Part shown: piece after piece, positions 33,450 through 44,555 of the stretch
How the letters are laid out: each line of letters opens with the position of its first letter
How positions within the stretch are numbered: the first letter of the stretch is position 1
Assembly (NCBI GenBank): GCA_963847445.1
Contig: CAWJZV010000023.1
Location: forward strand, 1-64,000
Source of the DNA: an uncultured delta proteobacterium
GTDB lineage: Bacteria; Desulfobacterota; Binatia; UBA9968
Reading direction: 5' to 3'
Length of the DNA stretch: 64,000 bases
Translations under genes and position numbers: made by a program
The notes under the pieces: model-generated
Told to the model about the DNA's origin: nothing
Seen by the model: the letters and a program-made list of their open reading frames with translations, nothing else
The model's database searches: none

Positions 33450-34388
33450 CTAGAGAGCTTTAAGTTCGCCGATGTAGTCCTTGAAGCCGTTGACGATGTC
33501 GTACTCGGGAGTCCAGCCGAGAATTTGTTTGGCTTTGTCGATCACCATCGGTTGTTTGGCCGAGCGCGGTTTGACGCCGGGGATGATTTCCACTTGTAAA
33601 TTCGGCAGCAGTTTTTCGGCGGTGGCGACCAGATCGTCGAAGGGAATGACCACGCCGGTGCCGATGTTGAGCGTCACCGGTTCTTTCAGCGGTGTGGTTG
33701 CCGCCTTGTCCAAGGCGCGGCCGAGATCTTTGTAATAGACATATTCGAAATCGCGGGCGACTTCCTGGGCGATCTTGACCACGCCGCCTTTGATGCCGGT
33801 CTGCAACATGTTCTGAACCATCTCACCGCCGCCGGAGCCGCCGGCGAAGTGGCCGACGCCGTAAACGTTGGCCAGCCGCAGGACGATCAACTCAAAGCCG
33901 AACATACGCTGGTAGGCCTCGACCATAAGTTCCTTGGCGACTTTGGAGTTGCCGTAGGCTTCGCCCGGACCGCGGCGAAATCCTTCGTCGATGGGATTGG
34001 GCTCGCCCTGGCGCCGGTCGTAGACGCCGAAGGTGCTGATCTGCACCAGGCGCTTGACGCCGGTGAGGCGTACGGCTTCGGCGACGTTGATCGTGCCCAT
34101 GACGTTGATCTGCATGCCGGCGTAGATCGGGTTGCCGACCTTGCCGCCGATCAGTCCCGCCGTATGGATGACGGTGTCGCATTTATGTTTCTGAATGGTT
34201 TCGATGAGCGACGGTAGATCGCGGACATCGCGCTGGACCACGGTGACGTTGGCGGCGCCGAGCTTGTGCGCCAAAAAATCTTTGCGCGGCGCCACGTCGT
34301 AAAATACCACGCTATCGCCGCGTTTGATCGCATGCTGCGCGTAGGAAGTGCCGACCAGTCCTAAGCCGGTGATCAGTGTTGAGGCCAT
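33450..34388 (-). CDS. NAD-dependent epimerase/dehydratase (extended SDR)
   Basis: ITGLGLVG, YGNSK, LRLANVYG. Confidence 0.88.
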   Translation of the reverse strand: MASTLITGLGLVGTSYAQHAIKRGDSVVFYDVAPRKDFLAHKLGAANVTVVQRDVRDLPSLIETIQKHKCDTVIHTAGLIGGKVGNPIYAGMQINVMGTINVAEAVRLTGVKRLVQISTFGVYDRRQGEPNPIDEGFRRGPGEAYGNSKVAKELMVEAYQRMFGFELIVLRLANVYGVGHFAGGSGGGEMVQNMLQTGIKGGVVKIAQEVARDFEYVYYKDLGRALDKAATTPLKEPVTLNIGTGVVIPFDDLVATAEKLLPNLQVEIIPGVKPRSAKQPMVIDKAKQILGWTPEYDIVNGFKDYIGELKAL

Positions 34389-34558
34389 ATGAACTCCTTT
34401 ATTGGTTGGTTTAGTTTTCACTTAATGCAATGGCTGTTAAATGTCTAGCGGATTTCGCGTTTGCTTCAGTCAGTTGGTTCTCGTCGATTGCAAAACGCGA
34501 TTGCGCCGGTATATATCCCAGGAAGGTAAATGGTCGCGACCCACGGAGGAATAACAGT

Positions 34559-35656
34559 ATGCAAGGAGTAGTCGATGCCGATACCCATATCGCCGAGCCC
34601 GAGGCGATGTGGCAGTTGATTGACGAGCAGATGGCGCCGCGCCGGCCGGTGTTGGTGGAGCTGCCGGAGGATACCTGGTTTGGCGACCGCAACGCCCTGT
34701 GGTTGATCGACGGCCAAATCTTTCCCAAACCGGCGGGCAAGGGTAGTTATCGGCTGGTCACGCCGTCGGCGCAGAAGGCGGAAAAAGTGCGCGGCGATAT
34801 CGCCATTGCCAGCCGCGAAGTCGCTAACGTCGAGGCCCGCGTCAAAGACATGGACCGGCTCGGCGTCTCGGTGCAGGTGATCTATCCGACGCTATTTTTG
34901 GTCTATATCACCGACGATCCTGAATTGGATACGGCGTTAGCCAAAGCCTACAATTCCTGGCTCGGCGCGGCTTGCGGCAAGTCCAACGGCCGGTTGAAGT
35001 TCGTCGCGGTGCTGCCGTTGCGCTCGATCCCGGAATCGCTCAAAGAAATGCAGCGGGCCAAGGAGCTTGGCGCGGTGGGGATATTCTTTCGCGGCATCGA
35101 GGGCGACAAGACCATCGATCATCCCTATTTTCATCCGGTCTACGAGCAGGCGGCCAAACTTGGCATGCCTATCTGCATCCACACCGGCTCCGGCGCGCCT
35201 TGGATGCTGCCGTACTTCGAACATGCGCGTAACCACACCTTCGCCCATGGGCGGGCGCTGCCGATCTTCGCTTTCCGCGACTTACTGGCGAACCGCATTC
35301 CGGAAAAATTTCCCGGTCTAAGGTTCGGATTCATTGAAGCGTCGGCGGGCTGGGCGCCGTTCATGATGCACATTCTGCGGCGACTGTTTAAAGACCGGTT
35401 CGAGTACAAGAACAGCGCCGAGCTGTTGCGCGCCTCCAACATTTTCATTGCCGCCGAGGCCGATGAAGATATTCCCTATCTCGCCAAATGCATCGGCGAG
35501 GATAACATCGTGATCGGCTCGGACTATGGCCACAACGATCCTTCGGCGGAGGAAAAACTGGTCGAGAGCCTGCAAAAGCGCGAAGATATCCCGGAGCCGT
35601 TTGCGAAAAAAATTCTTTGCGACAATCCGCGCCGGCTGTACGGACTCGATAGTTAA
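34559..35656 (+). CDS. Amidohydrolase_2 family protein
   Basis: VDADTH, IYPT, EASAGWAP, GSDYGH, DNPRRLY. Confidence 0.88.
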   Translation: MQGVVDADTHIAEPEAMWQLIDEQMAPRRPVLVELPEDTWFGDRNALWLIDGQIFPKPAGKGSYRLVTPSAQKAEKVRGDIAIASREVANVEARVKDMDRLGVSVQVIYPTLFLVYITDDPELDTALAKAYNSWLGAACGKSNGRLKFVAVLPLRSIPESLKEMQRAKELGAVGIFFRGIEGDKTIDHPYFHPVYEQAAKLGMPICIHTGSGAPWMLPYFEHARNHTFAHGRALPIFAFRDLLANRIPEKFPGLRFGFIEASAGWAPFMMHILRRLFKDRFEYKNSAELLRASNIFIAAEADEDIPYLAKCIGEDNIVIGSDYGHNDPSAEEKLVESLQKREDIPEPFAKKILCDNPRRLYGLDS

Positions 35657-35679
35657 GGCGGTATGTTCCTGAGTGTTCT

Positions 35680-35704
35680 GTAGGGGCGACCGGCGGGTCG
35701 CCCT
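35680..35704. repeat. GTAG-type REP palindrome
   Basis: gtaggggcgaccggcgggtcgccct. Confidence 0.7.
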
Positions 35705-35723
35705 CTTTGGATGTGGTCGGCTA

Positions 35724-36431
35724 ATGTCTGACATCGAAATTTTTGTCGCGACCGTAGCACGGCATTTCGAAAGCCGGCTTGGGGCGTCGCTCGTCGACGC
35801 CTACAAGCTCGGCAGTCTCGCCCACGGCGGCTTCAGCAATGTCTACAGTGACATCGACGTTGGCCTGCTGCTGAACTGCCCGGAAGCTCCTGCGCGGATG
35901 GTAGAGTTGATTGCCGAAGCGAAATCACTGGACGCTGACTACGGCAATAAGCTTTCCGTCTTCTGGGGCAATCCCGAGTTTACGTGGGGACGCTTACCAA
36001 ATCTCGATCGGCTCGATTTGCTCGACCATGGCGTGCCGCTGCTCAACGGCCACAAGCCACAGTTTCGCCGGCCGACAAAACAAGCGATTCGCGACGAGTT
36101 GCTGCGCAGCATCGAAAAAAGCTGGAAACCGCGATTGCCTGAGCTAAGTGCTTTGACTGAGTTGGTGCCGGCGAACCGCAAACCGTACATCCGAGCAATT
36201 CTCTACGCCGCGCGGCTGATTTACAGCTGGGATAATTTCGCGATGGCATCCAACGACAGCGCGGTCGAGTATCTGCACGAGGTAAAACCGGAAGGTCTCG
36301 ATCTCAAACCCATCGACATGGCGCTGGAGTGCCGCAATGGAAGATGTGGCGCGGACGATGTGTTTGCTCTCCATACCGACCTCGTACGGCAGTGCGAATA
36401 CGCGGTTAGTTATATTTCGGTACGGCCTTAG
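35724..36431 (+). CDS. Pol-beta-superfamily nucleotidyltransferase domain protein
   Basis: LGSLAHGGFSNVYSDIDV (GS...DxD) motif plus helical C-terminal domain. Confidence 0.75.
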   Translation: MSDIEIFVATVARHFESRLGASLVDAYKLGSLAHGGFSNVYSDIDVGLLLNCPEAPARMVELIAEAKSLDADYGNKLSVFWGNPEFTWGRLPNLDRLDLLDHGVPLLNGHKPQFRRPTKQAIRDELLRSIEKSWKPRLPELSALTELVPANRKPYIRAILYAARLIYSWDNFAMASNDSAVEYLHEVKPEGLDLKPIDMALECRNGRCGADDVFALHTDLVRQCEYAVSYISVRP

Positions 36432-36440
36432 AGACCCAAG

Positions 36441-36565
36441 CAGGTTGCTAAAAATCCTATCTGAGTCCTTCGACTGCGCTGGACGAACGGAGATGAGTTG
36501 AAATCATTGAATAAAACGATTCATGCTGAGCCTGTCGAAACGTGCTCCACCTTTTTTCAGCAGTC
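36441..36565. repeat. MITE-like element with imperfect TIRs and an internal CTTCGAC/GTCGAA palindrome
   Basis: caggttgctaaaaa ... ccttcgactgcgct ... tgagcctgtcgaa ... tttttcagcagtc; a related half occurs at 63487-63503. Confidence 0.6.
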
Positions 36566-36734
36566 GAATGTATTGGCTTATATCTACAATCCGACTATTT
36601 CGGGTGCTATCATTCTATTGGCTCATTAAGCCTGGGTGTTGAGCGCGAGTCGACGTCAATAAATCGGAATAGGCGATGTTATGAAGATCGCGGATTCTAT
36701 TCGTGGGCTGGTTTGGGTGCCGAAATTCACTGCA

Positions 36735-36869
36735 ATGAGAATAGGTCTGTCAGCGATCTTGCTGATTACTTTGGTATCAGGGTGTGGTTCAGTAGTCGCC
36801 AACAGCGAGAGTTTCTATCAGAATAATCCGCGCCGGCCTATCAATTGGCGCGAGTATTTGACGGATTGA
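36735..36869 (+). CDS. Small putative lipoprotein (44 aa)
   Basis: Hydrophobic leader with lipobox VSGC. Confidence 0.5.
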   Translation: MRIGLSAILLITLVSGCGSVVANSESFYQNNPRRPINWREYLTD

Positions 36870-37042
36870 GGCGTGACGGTTGTTGGGCGGTAAGCCAACT
36901 AAAGACTTCGCAGATTCAAAATTCTAAAGCATGGTCGCAATAAAAGTCCTTAGTTATCCATTTTCCCCGTTTCGTTTGATAGTTTCCGGTGGCGTTGCGT
37001 TGAGATTGTCGCTCTTGAGAACGTCCTTAAAGTGCGGTTTAT

Positions 37043-37157
37043 GATCCATCGCCGGAACAAAGAGCTGATCGCGAGCCTGCAAAAGCGAGAGGAAATCCCA
37101 GAGCCGTTCGCGCGCAAGACTCTCTCCGACAATCCGCGCCGGCTGTACGGGCTGGAT
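37043..37157 (+). pseudogene. Orphan 3' fragment of an amidohydrolase paralog
   Basis: Nucleotide similarity to 35537-35651 (gagcctgcaaaagcg...gacaatccgcgccggctgtacgg). Confidence 0.7.
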
Positions 37158-37242
37158 GCGCAACAAAATTCTCGCGCCAACACTGCCAGTGGCGCAAAAG
37201 TAAGCTAATCGCGCACTTCGCCTAGCGCGCATGGCGCCGCAA

Positions 37243-37587
37243 TCAACCCGTTGCTCTTAGCTTCGCGTGGCTGCAATATCTTTCTTCCTTCCAGCGCAAG
37301 AGCCCCTTGCGCACGTAGCCGGGATTTAACTGTAGGTAGTCGCAGATGTGTTCAAAGGAGAACTCCGAGCCGGAGTCGGTTTCGAAAAACCATTCTTCGG
37401 CGTGTTGAAATAGTTCTTTGCCCTTCCTATCCGGTTGCCAAGACGTATTTCTGATAATCCTCGATGGCGTTTTCCAGCATGGCGTAGAGCAGGCGCTCTT
37501 CGCCCTCGCGGAAGCTCTTGCGTGAGAGCTGCTCGATGATGCCGTCATCGGTGGGGTCGAGCAAGCTGGTAAACGATGCTTTCATTG
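37243..37587 (-). CDS. Hypothetical protein; frameshift near 37432
   Basis: Joined frames read GEERLLYAMLENAIEDYQKYVLA-DRKGKELFQHAEEWFF...FSFEHICDYLQLNPGYVRKGLLRW. Confidence 0.7.
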
Positions 37588-37653
37588 GCTTTATCCCTTC
37601 GGTTAAAGATCGATTTCGCTGCGCTTCACTTGCCGGTCTGGATAGGTTACAAC

Positions 37654-37668
37654 GCAATCACCAAGCCA
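37654..37668 (-). promoter_or_regulatory. sigma54 -24/-12 promoter
   Basis: TGGCTTGGTGATTGC = TGGC-N7-TTGC about 65 bp upstream of 37587. Confidence 0.6.
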
Positions 37669-37929
37669 GTGGCGCTTTTGGGGAAAGAGCCGTAGTCGAA
37701 GTAAGCGTCGGGGAAGAGTTAGGACAGGTAGAGTGGGTGGAGATGCCCGGTGGCAGCGGCTCGATAGCCGGAGTGGGCCATTGCAGACGAGCCGCAGTGG
37801 CGCAGTCGTTGCGCTGGCCGGGCGTAGCGGCAAGGCTGATCGAGCCGCGGCGGTGCGTGCTGACTTGGCCGACGATTTCAGCTCAGCAGGCGCTTGAGAA
37901 TCGTACGCTGAAATGAGATATAGCCGACC

Positions 37930-38148
37930 ATGGCCAACCTATATCACAACGACCGGTTGATCGTCGCCTACGCGTCGATGAATCAGAGCACCAAGGATTG
38001 GAGCGCCGGCGCTGAGATTACCTGGAAGCACGATGGCCAGCGCTTTAGCCACTCCGTCGGCGGTTTGACCGACCGTTTCAAGTCGAGCGATGACGCCGAG
38101 CGCTTTGTCATCAACCTGGCCAAGGCTTGGATCGATTCAAATCCGTAG
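37930..38148 (+). CDS. Small hypothetical protein
   Basis: 72-aa ORF with typical codon usage (DAERFVINLAKAWID). Confidence 0.65.
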   Translation: MANLYHNDRLIVAYASMNQSTKDWSAGAEITWKHDGQRFSHSVGGLTDRFKSSDDAERFVINLAKAWIDSNP

Positions 38149-38215
38149 AACCTTCCGGGGATCGTCGTCACTCCTGGTTTTCAGTTTCTTGTTGCTTAGT
38201 TGGGGGAAAGAAAAT

Positions 38216-38243
38216 CTGGATGCCCGCGTTCGCGAACATGACG
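38216..38243. repeat. Single degenerate GTCAT-type REP
   Basis: ctggatgcccgcgttcgcgaacatgacg. Confidence 0.55.
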
Positions 38244-38337
38244 GGAATCAGAGTCGACGGTAAATCGACTTCTTTCCGTATGAAGGCTATTTTAGTTCCA
38301 ATATCCGCGTTTTCGGCTGACTGAATTCGTTGCCGGC

Positions 38338-38769
38338 TTATCTCGGATGCTTCGCCGTCCCGGCCCAGCCAGTCTCCGAGATGTCGATGATGACACCGTC
38401 GGGGGCGCTGTATTTGACCTCGGCGTTGACATGGGACGCCAGGTTGCGGCCAAGCCCTAGCGCTTGATTGATGTCGTCGCGGATCGGCGCGCCGGCGTCC
38501 GCGAGTTTCTTATCGACCGCTTCGATGCTGTCGACCTCGAAGCCGATATGGTGCAGGCCGCTGTATGCCTTTCCTTGCGGCACGCCGGCGGTCTGGTCGT
38601 TTTTGAACTTCAGCACCGCGAAGTTGATGTCACCGTCGGTAAGGTGAAAACCAGTGGCGCCCGGACTGTTGATCTTGGCGATTTCTTTGAGACCGAATAC
38701 TTCTTTGTAGAACTGCGCTGTCTTTTCCGGATCTTGGGTCGCGATCGCGATATGTTTGATCTTCGCCAT
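38338..38769 (-). CDS. VOC/glyoxalase family protein
   Basis: IKHIAI, FYKEVFGL, GLHHIGF, PDGVIIDI. Confidence 0.88.
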   Translation of the reverse strand: MAKIKHIAIATQDPEKTAQFYKEVFGLKEIAKINSPGATGFHLTDGDINFAVLKFKNDQTAGVPQGKAYSGLHHIGFEVDSIEAVDKKLADAGAPIRDDINQALGLGRNLASHVNAEVKYSAPDGVIIDISETGWAGTAKHPR

Positions 38770-38953
38770 GGAACCTCCATTGCCTATCGGCTGACTTGGC
38801 TTTTACAATAGCACGCCTGCCCATGCAATGTTGGGTTGCAGCGGGTTGGAAAAACCCTGGCAAAGCAGGCAATATAAGCCGAGATCTCAGTAGGGATCCC
38901 GGGAAAATTGTTGGCCTACTCTGGCAGCGCGAAGGCGCGGAAGGTATGACGCG

Positions 38954-41575
<2,622 letters not shown>

Positions 41576-41610
41576 GTGTCGTGTAAAACGGATGCTCGAT
41601 CCAGATCAAA

Positions 41611-41997
41611 CTAAGGGCGATAAAGCTCGATGAATTTGAGTTTCGCCATGCGTGCGAAATCGCCGTCTAACGACCAAATTGCCGCATGATTTTCCGCGCC
41701 AATCCCTGCAATCAATAAATCCCCGACGCCAAACCAGTCGCCTGCGTTCTTGATTGTCCCGAGCCAGGCTTCAATCCGACGCCAGGTTGTGTCCTTCGGA
41801 TAAAAGGTTGGGAGGGCGGAAAGAGTTCGACTCAAGCGCGGCTGCTCCGAGCGGCGAGCGCCGGACAGTAGCTCAATACGTATCGGAATAGCGATTGCGA
41901 CCGCATCACGATCTAGCAATTCGCTTAAGTGGCGGGCTTCGGGACTTTTTTGGTCGCGAAATGCGTTGACCCAGACCGACGTGTCGACGACGATCAT
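41611..41997 (-). CDS. vapC: PIN-domain toxin
   Basis: VVDTSVWV, ELLSG, DLLIA, SLDGDF. Confidence 0.92.
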   Translation of the reverse strand: MIVVDTSVWVNAFRDQKSPEARHLSELLDRDAVAIAIPIRIELLSGARRSEQPRLSRTLSALPTFYPKDTTWRRIEAWLGTIKNAGDWFGVGDLLIAGIGAENHAAIWSLDGDFARMAKLKFIELYRP

Positions 41998-42206
41998 GCC
42001 GCGGATTTTCTTTTGGGACGTCTACGTGATTTTGGCAGGTCGATATCGAGCTGAACCGTGCCCATCAGGGTCTTGAGTTCGTCGATTCGACGGCGGCGAA
42101 TCAGGTCTCGGAGCGAAACGATGACCGTGTCGGTTTTCGACTTAAATCCCAGCAGTTTCTGTGCTTCTTCAATCAATTCTGAGGGTATATCGAGTGTTGT
42201 ACGCAT
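41994..42206 (-). CDS. vapB: VapB antitoxin
   Basis: MRTTLDI...LIEEA...KTDTV; ATGA overlap with vapC. Confidence 0.9.
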   Translation of the reverse strand: MRTTLDIPSELIEEAQKLLGFKSKTDTVIVSLRDLIRRRRIDELKTLMGTVQLDIDLPKSRRRPKRKSAA

Positions 42207-42213
42207 ACGAATA

Positions 42214-42242
42214 AGGCTAGTTTAGATGTATTAATATGTCAA
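42214..42242 (-). promoter_or_regulatory. sigma70 promoter of vapBC, probably leaderless
   Basis: TTGACA-17bp-TAGCCT-7bp-ATG; spacer contains the palindrome tattaata. Confidence 0.6.
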
Positions 42243-42400
42243 TAGATGACTATTAGACGTGCTTGGCTTCCGGGCCTGCAAGACTTTGCCGCGGTTTTTC
42301 TTCTAGAGAGAATTGCTGCTTACGTGCGCGCGAATAATATAGTTTCGCTCAAACTGGGTTTATGCCATGGTACGGGAAATCTCGATTAGACCAAGGAGAC

Positions 42401-43366
42401 ATGATGAGATTTCCACTCGCGGTGATCGTTTGGCTGGTCGTTTCGCTGGGTTTTGTTGTCAGGGCTCCGAGCCAGCCGCTACGCATAAGTTATTCCGGTG
42501 TCGCCGGGCAGAACCTGGCGATCTGGGTGACTTACGAAGCCGGGCTGTTTGGGAAGTATGGGCTTAATCCGGAAATGTTGATGATTGCCGGCGGTGTAAC
42601 CAATCTCCAGGCGCTGATGGCGAGGGAGATTGCGTTCGTTTATCAGGGCGGGGCGTCGCCGGTGCAGGCGATTTCGCAGAACGCTGATTTGACGATTCTG
42701 GCGACCGCTTATGGTTTGATGCCTTACGGCATTGTCACCGGCAAGGGGATTCAAACCGCCGCCGATCTCAAGGGCAAGCGCGTGGCGGTCTCACGAGTAG
42801 GCGGTATCGAGGAGACTGCGATTCGATTCGCGTTAGACAAGTTGGGGGTCGGCGCACGTAACGTCACCTTCGTGCAAACCGGCGCCGATCCGGTGCGCAT
42901 TGCCGCTGTCGAATCGGGCGTGGCCGCCGCCGCGGCCTTGGCGCCACCGGGACTATTCGGCGCGACGGCTCGCGGACTCAAGCTCCTTACCGATCTCGGT
43001 GCGCTTAATATTCGTTACCCGGCATCGGTGATCTCGGCGCGCAAAACCGCCCTGACGACGGAACGACCACTGGCAAAGCGGTTTCTCATGGCGCTGGTCG
43101 AGGGGCTCCATGTCTACCACCAAAGCAAGAGCCTGGCAGTTCGTGCGTTGCAAAAATACACCCATCAGAACAACGGCGAGATCTTGTCCAAGTCGTACGA
43201 TTATTTCGTCAAGAACACGCCGCTGGTGCCGTTGTCGGATGCGGCGACCTTCGAAAACGCAATGCCGACCGACAAACCGAGCGAACGCAAGCCGCAGAGT
43301 TTTTTTGACAACTCGATTTTAGAAGAGTTGGTGCAGGAAGGATTCGTCAAGAAGTTTGGACGTTGA
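42401..43366 (+). CDS. NMT1/SsuA-like ABC substrate-binding protein
   Basis: Signal peptide, GLFGKYGL, DLKGKRVAV, FFDNSILEELVQEGF. Confidence 0.88.
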   Translation: MMRFPLAVIVWLVVSLGFVVRAPSQPLRISYSGVAGQNLAIWVTYEAGLFGKYGLNPEMLMIAGGVTNLQALMAREIAFVYQGGASPVQAISQNADLTILATAYGLMPYGIVTGKGIQTAADLKGKRVAVSRVGGIEETAIRFALDKLGVGARNVTFVQTGADPVRIAAVESGVAAAAALAPPGLFGATARGLKLLTDLGALNIRYPASVISARKTALTTERPLAKRFLMALVEGLHVYHQSKSLAVRALQKYTHQNNGEILSKSYDYFVKNTPLVPLSDAATFENAMPTDKPSERKPQSFFDNSILEELVQEGFVKKFGR

Positions 43367-43482
43367 GCGGCAGCCGAAGGTAGTCGAATGACTAGGCTCA
43401 AAACTTGCCATTGAAACTGTTTTTCCACTGGAGGCCGGGCTTCCCGTTTCTGGGCTAAGTTTTTCCCATGGCCGGCGGTTGG

Positions 43483-44359
43483 CTACTCGAAGCGAAACGA
43501 TGCATCCGTGCCGCTCACCGCGCCCTTGAGCGATGGATTATTCAATGTCCCTTTGAACTTAAGATCTTTGATGTCGTAGATGCCGTCGAAGCGCAGATGT
43601 CTCGGCGTAGCCCTGCGCAACTGTGGCAGGGCGCGGTTCACTTTGCCTAAATCGAGCTGTTGGGCGTCGAGAGCGCCATCGATCGGATAGTCTCGGTAAT
43701 CACGAATTCCCGCGATCGGGCCGATGCGGCTGGTAAACTTCAGATTAGGTTTGGCGGTCATGACCGCGGCGGCAAGGTCGATTTCGATGGCTTCGTCCGT
43801 GCGTCGAGGTCGCTCACTGTCAATTGGATCTGGGCGACGATGAGATCACCGCCGTTCTTCAGATCGCGGTAACGCAGCGTGCCATTGGTAACTTGCAGGG
43901 CTGTGATGGCAAATAACGGGAGCACGTTGGCTACTTTTTCGCTTCGGTTGGTACCGTCCCGGGCGCGCTGCCGCTTTCCTGCCTTGAGGCTCATAGTTGT
44001 AGCGCCCGTCAGCGTCGCGAACAATCGTGACGACCGGCGAGTCGAGGGTGATTTTACCGGGCTGGAACTGGCCCAGGAGCAGGGGCAGAACGCGCAGATT
44101 TATTTGGCTCTCTTTAGCCAGCACAAGCGGGTTGGCGGCATCGGCGGGATCGCCGGCGATGGCGAGATTCGCCAGACGAACGGCGAATGGTTGGTAACCG
44201 ATCTCGATTTTGTCGGCGGTAATAGCGTGGCCGAGAGTCCGGGCCAGCCGGCCGAGCAAATAATCTTTGTTGCGCTCGACGATAAAGTTGACATTGAAGG
44301 CTGCGACAAGGAGCAGGCCGGTTAAGACTAGAGTAGGCGGCGATTATTCGTTTACGCAT
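43483..44359 (-). pseudogene. AsmA-family protein N-terminal part, frameshifted and apparently truncated
   Basis: N-terminal anchor, RTLGHAI, INLRVLPLL, ITLDSPVVTIVRDADGRYN, NGTLRYRD; ends after about 290 codons. Confidence 0.6.
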
Positions 44360-44555
44360 GGGTATCGATGGGATTCTCTTCACAGTTGTGCCGGCGGCAT
44401 TGGCCGCAATAGACAGCTGCGCCAGTCTTCGCCTACTCGACAGTATTCCTTGCCGTAATAATCTGACTTATACAAACGGCGCCGAGAAATTTCGTTTTGG
44501 CGGAATGGCCTAGACCGCAACCGTGCATTCAATTATGTTAAAGTTTCCTTGATTT

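Noticed and set aside
36824-36837. 13-mer aatccgcgccggc shared by the small lipoprotein and the amidohydrolase ends
   Set aside because: Too short and GC-rich to infer homology.
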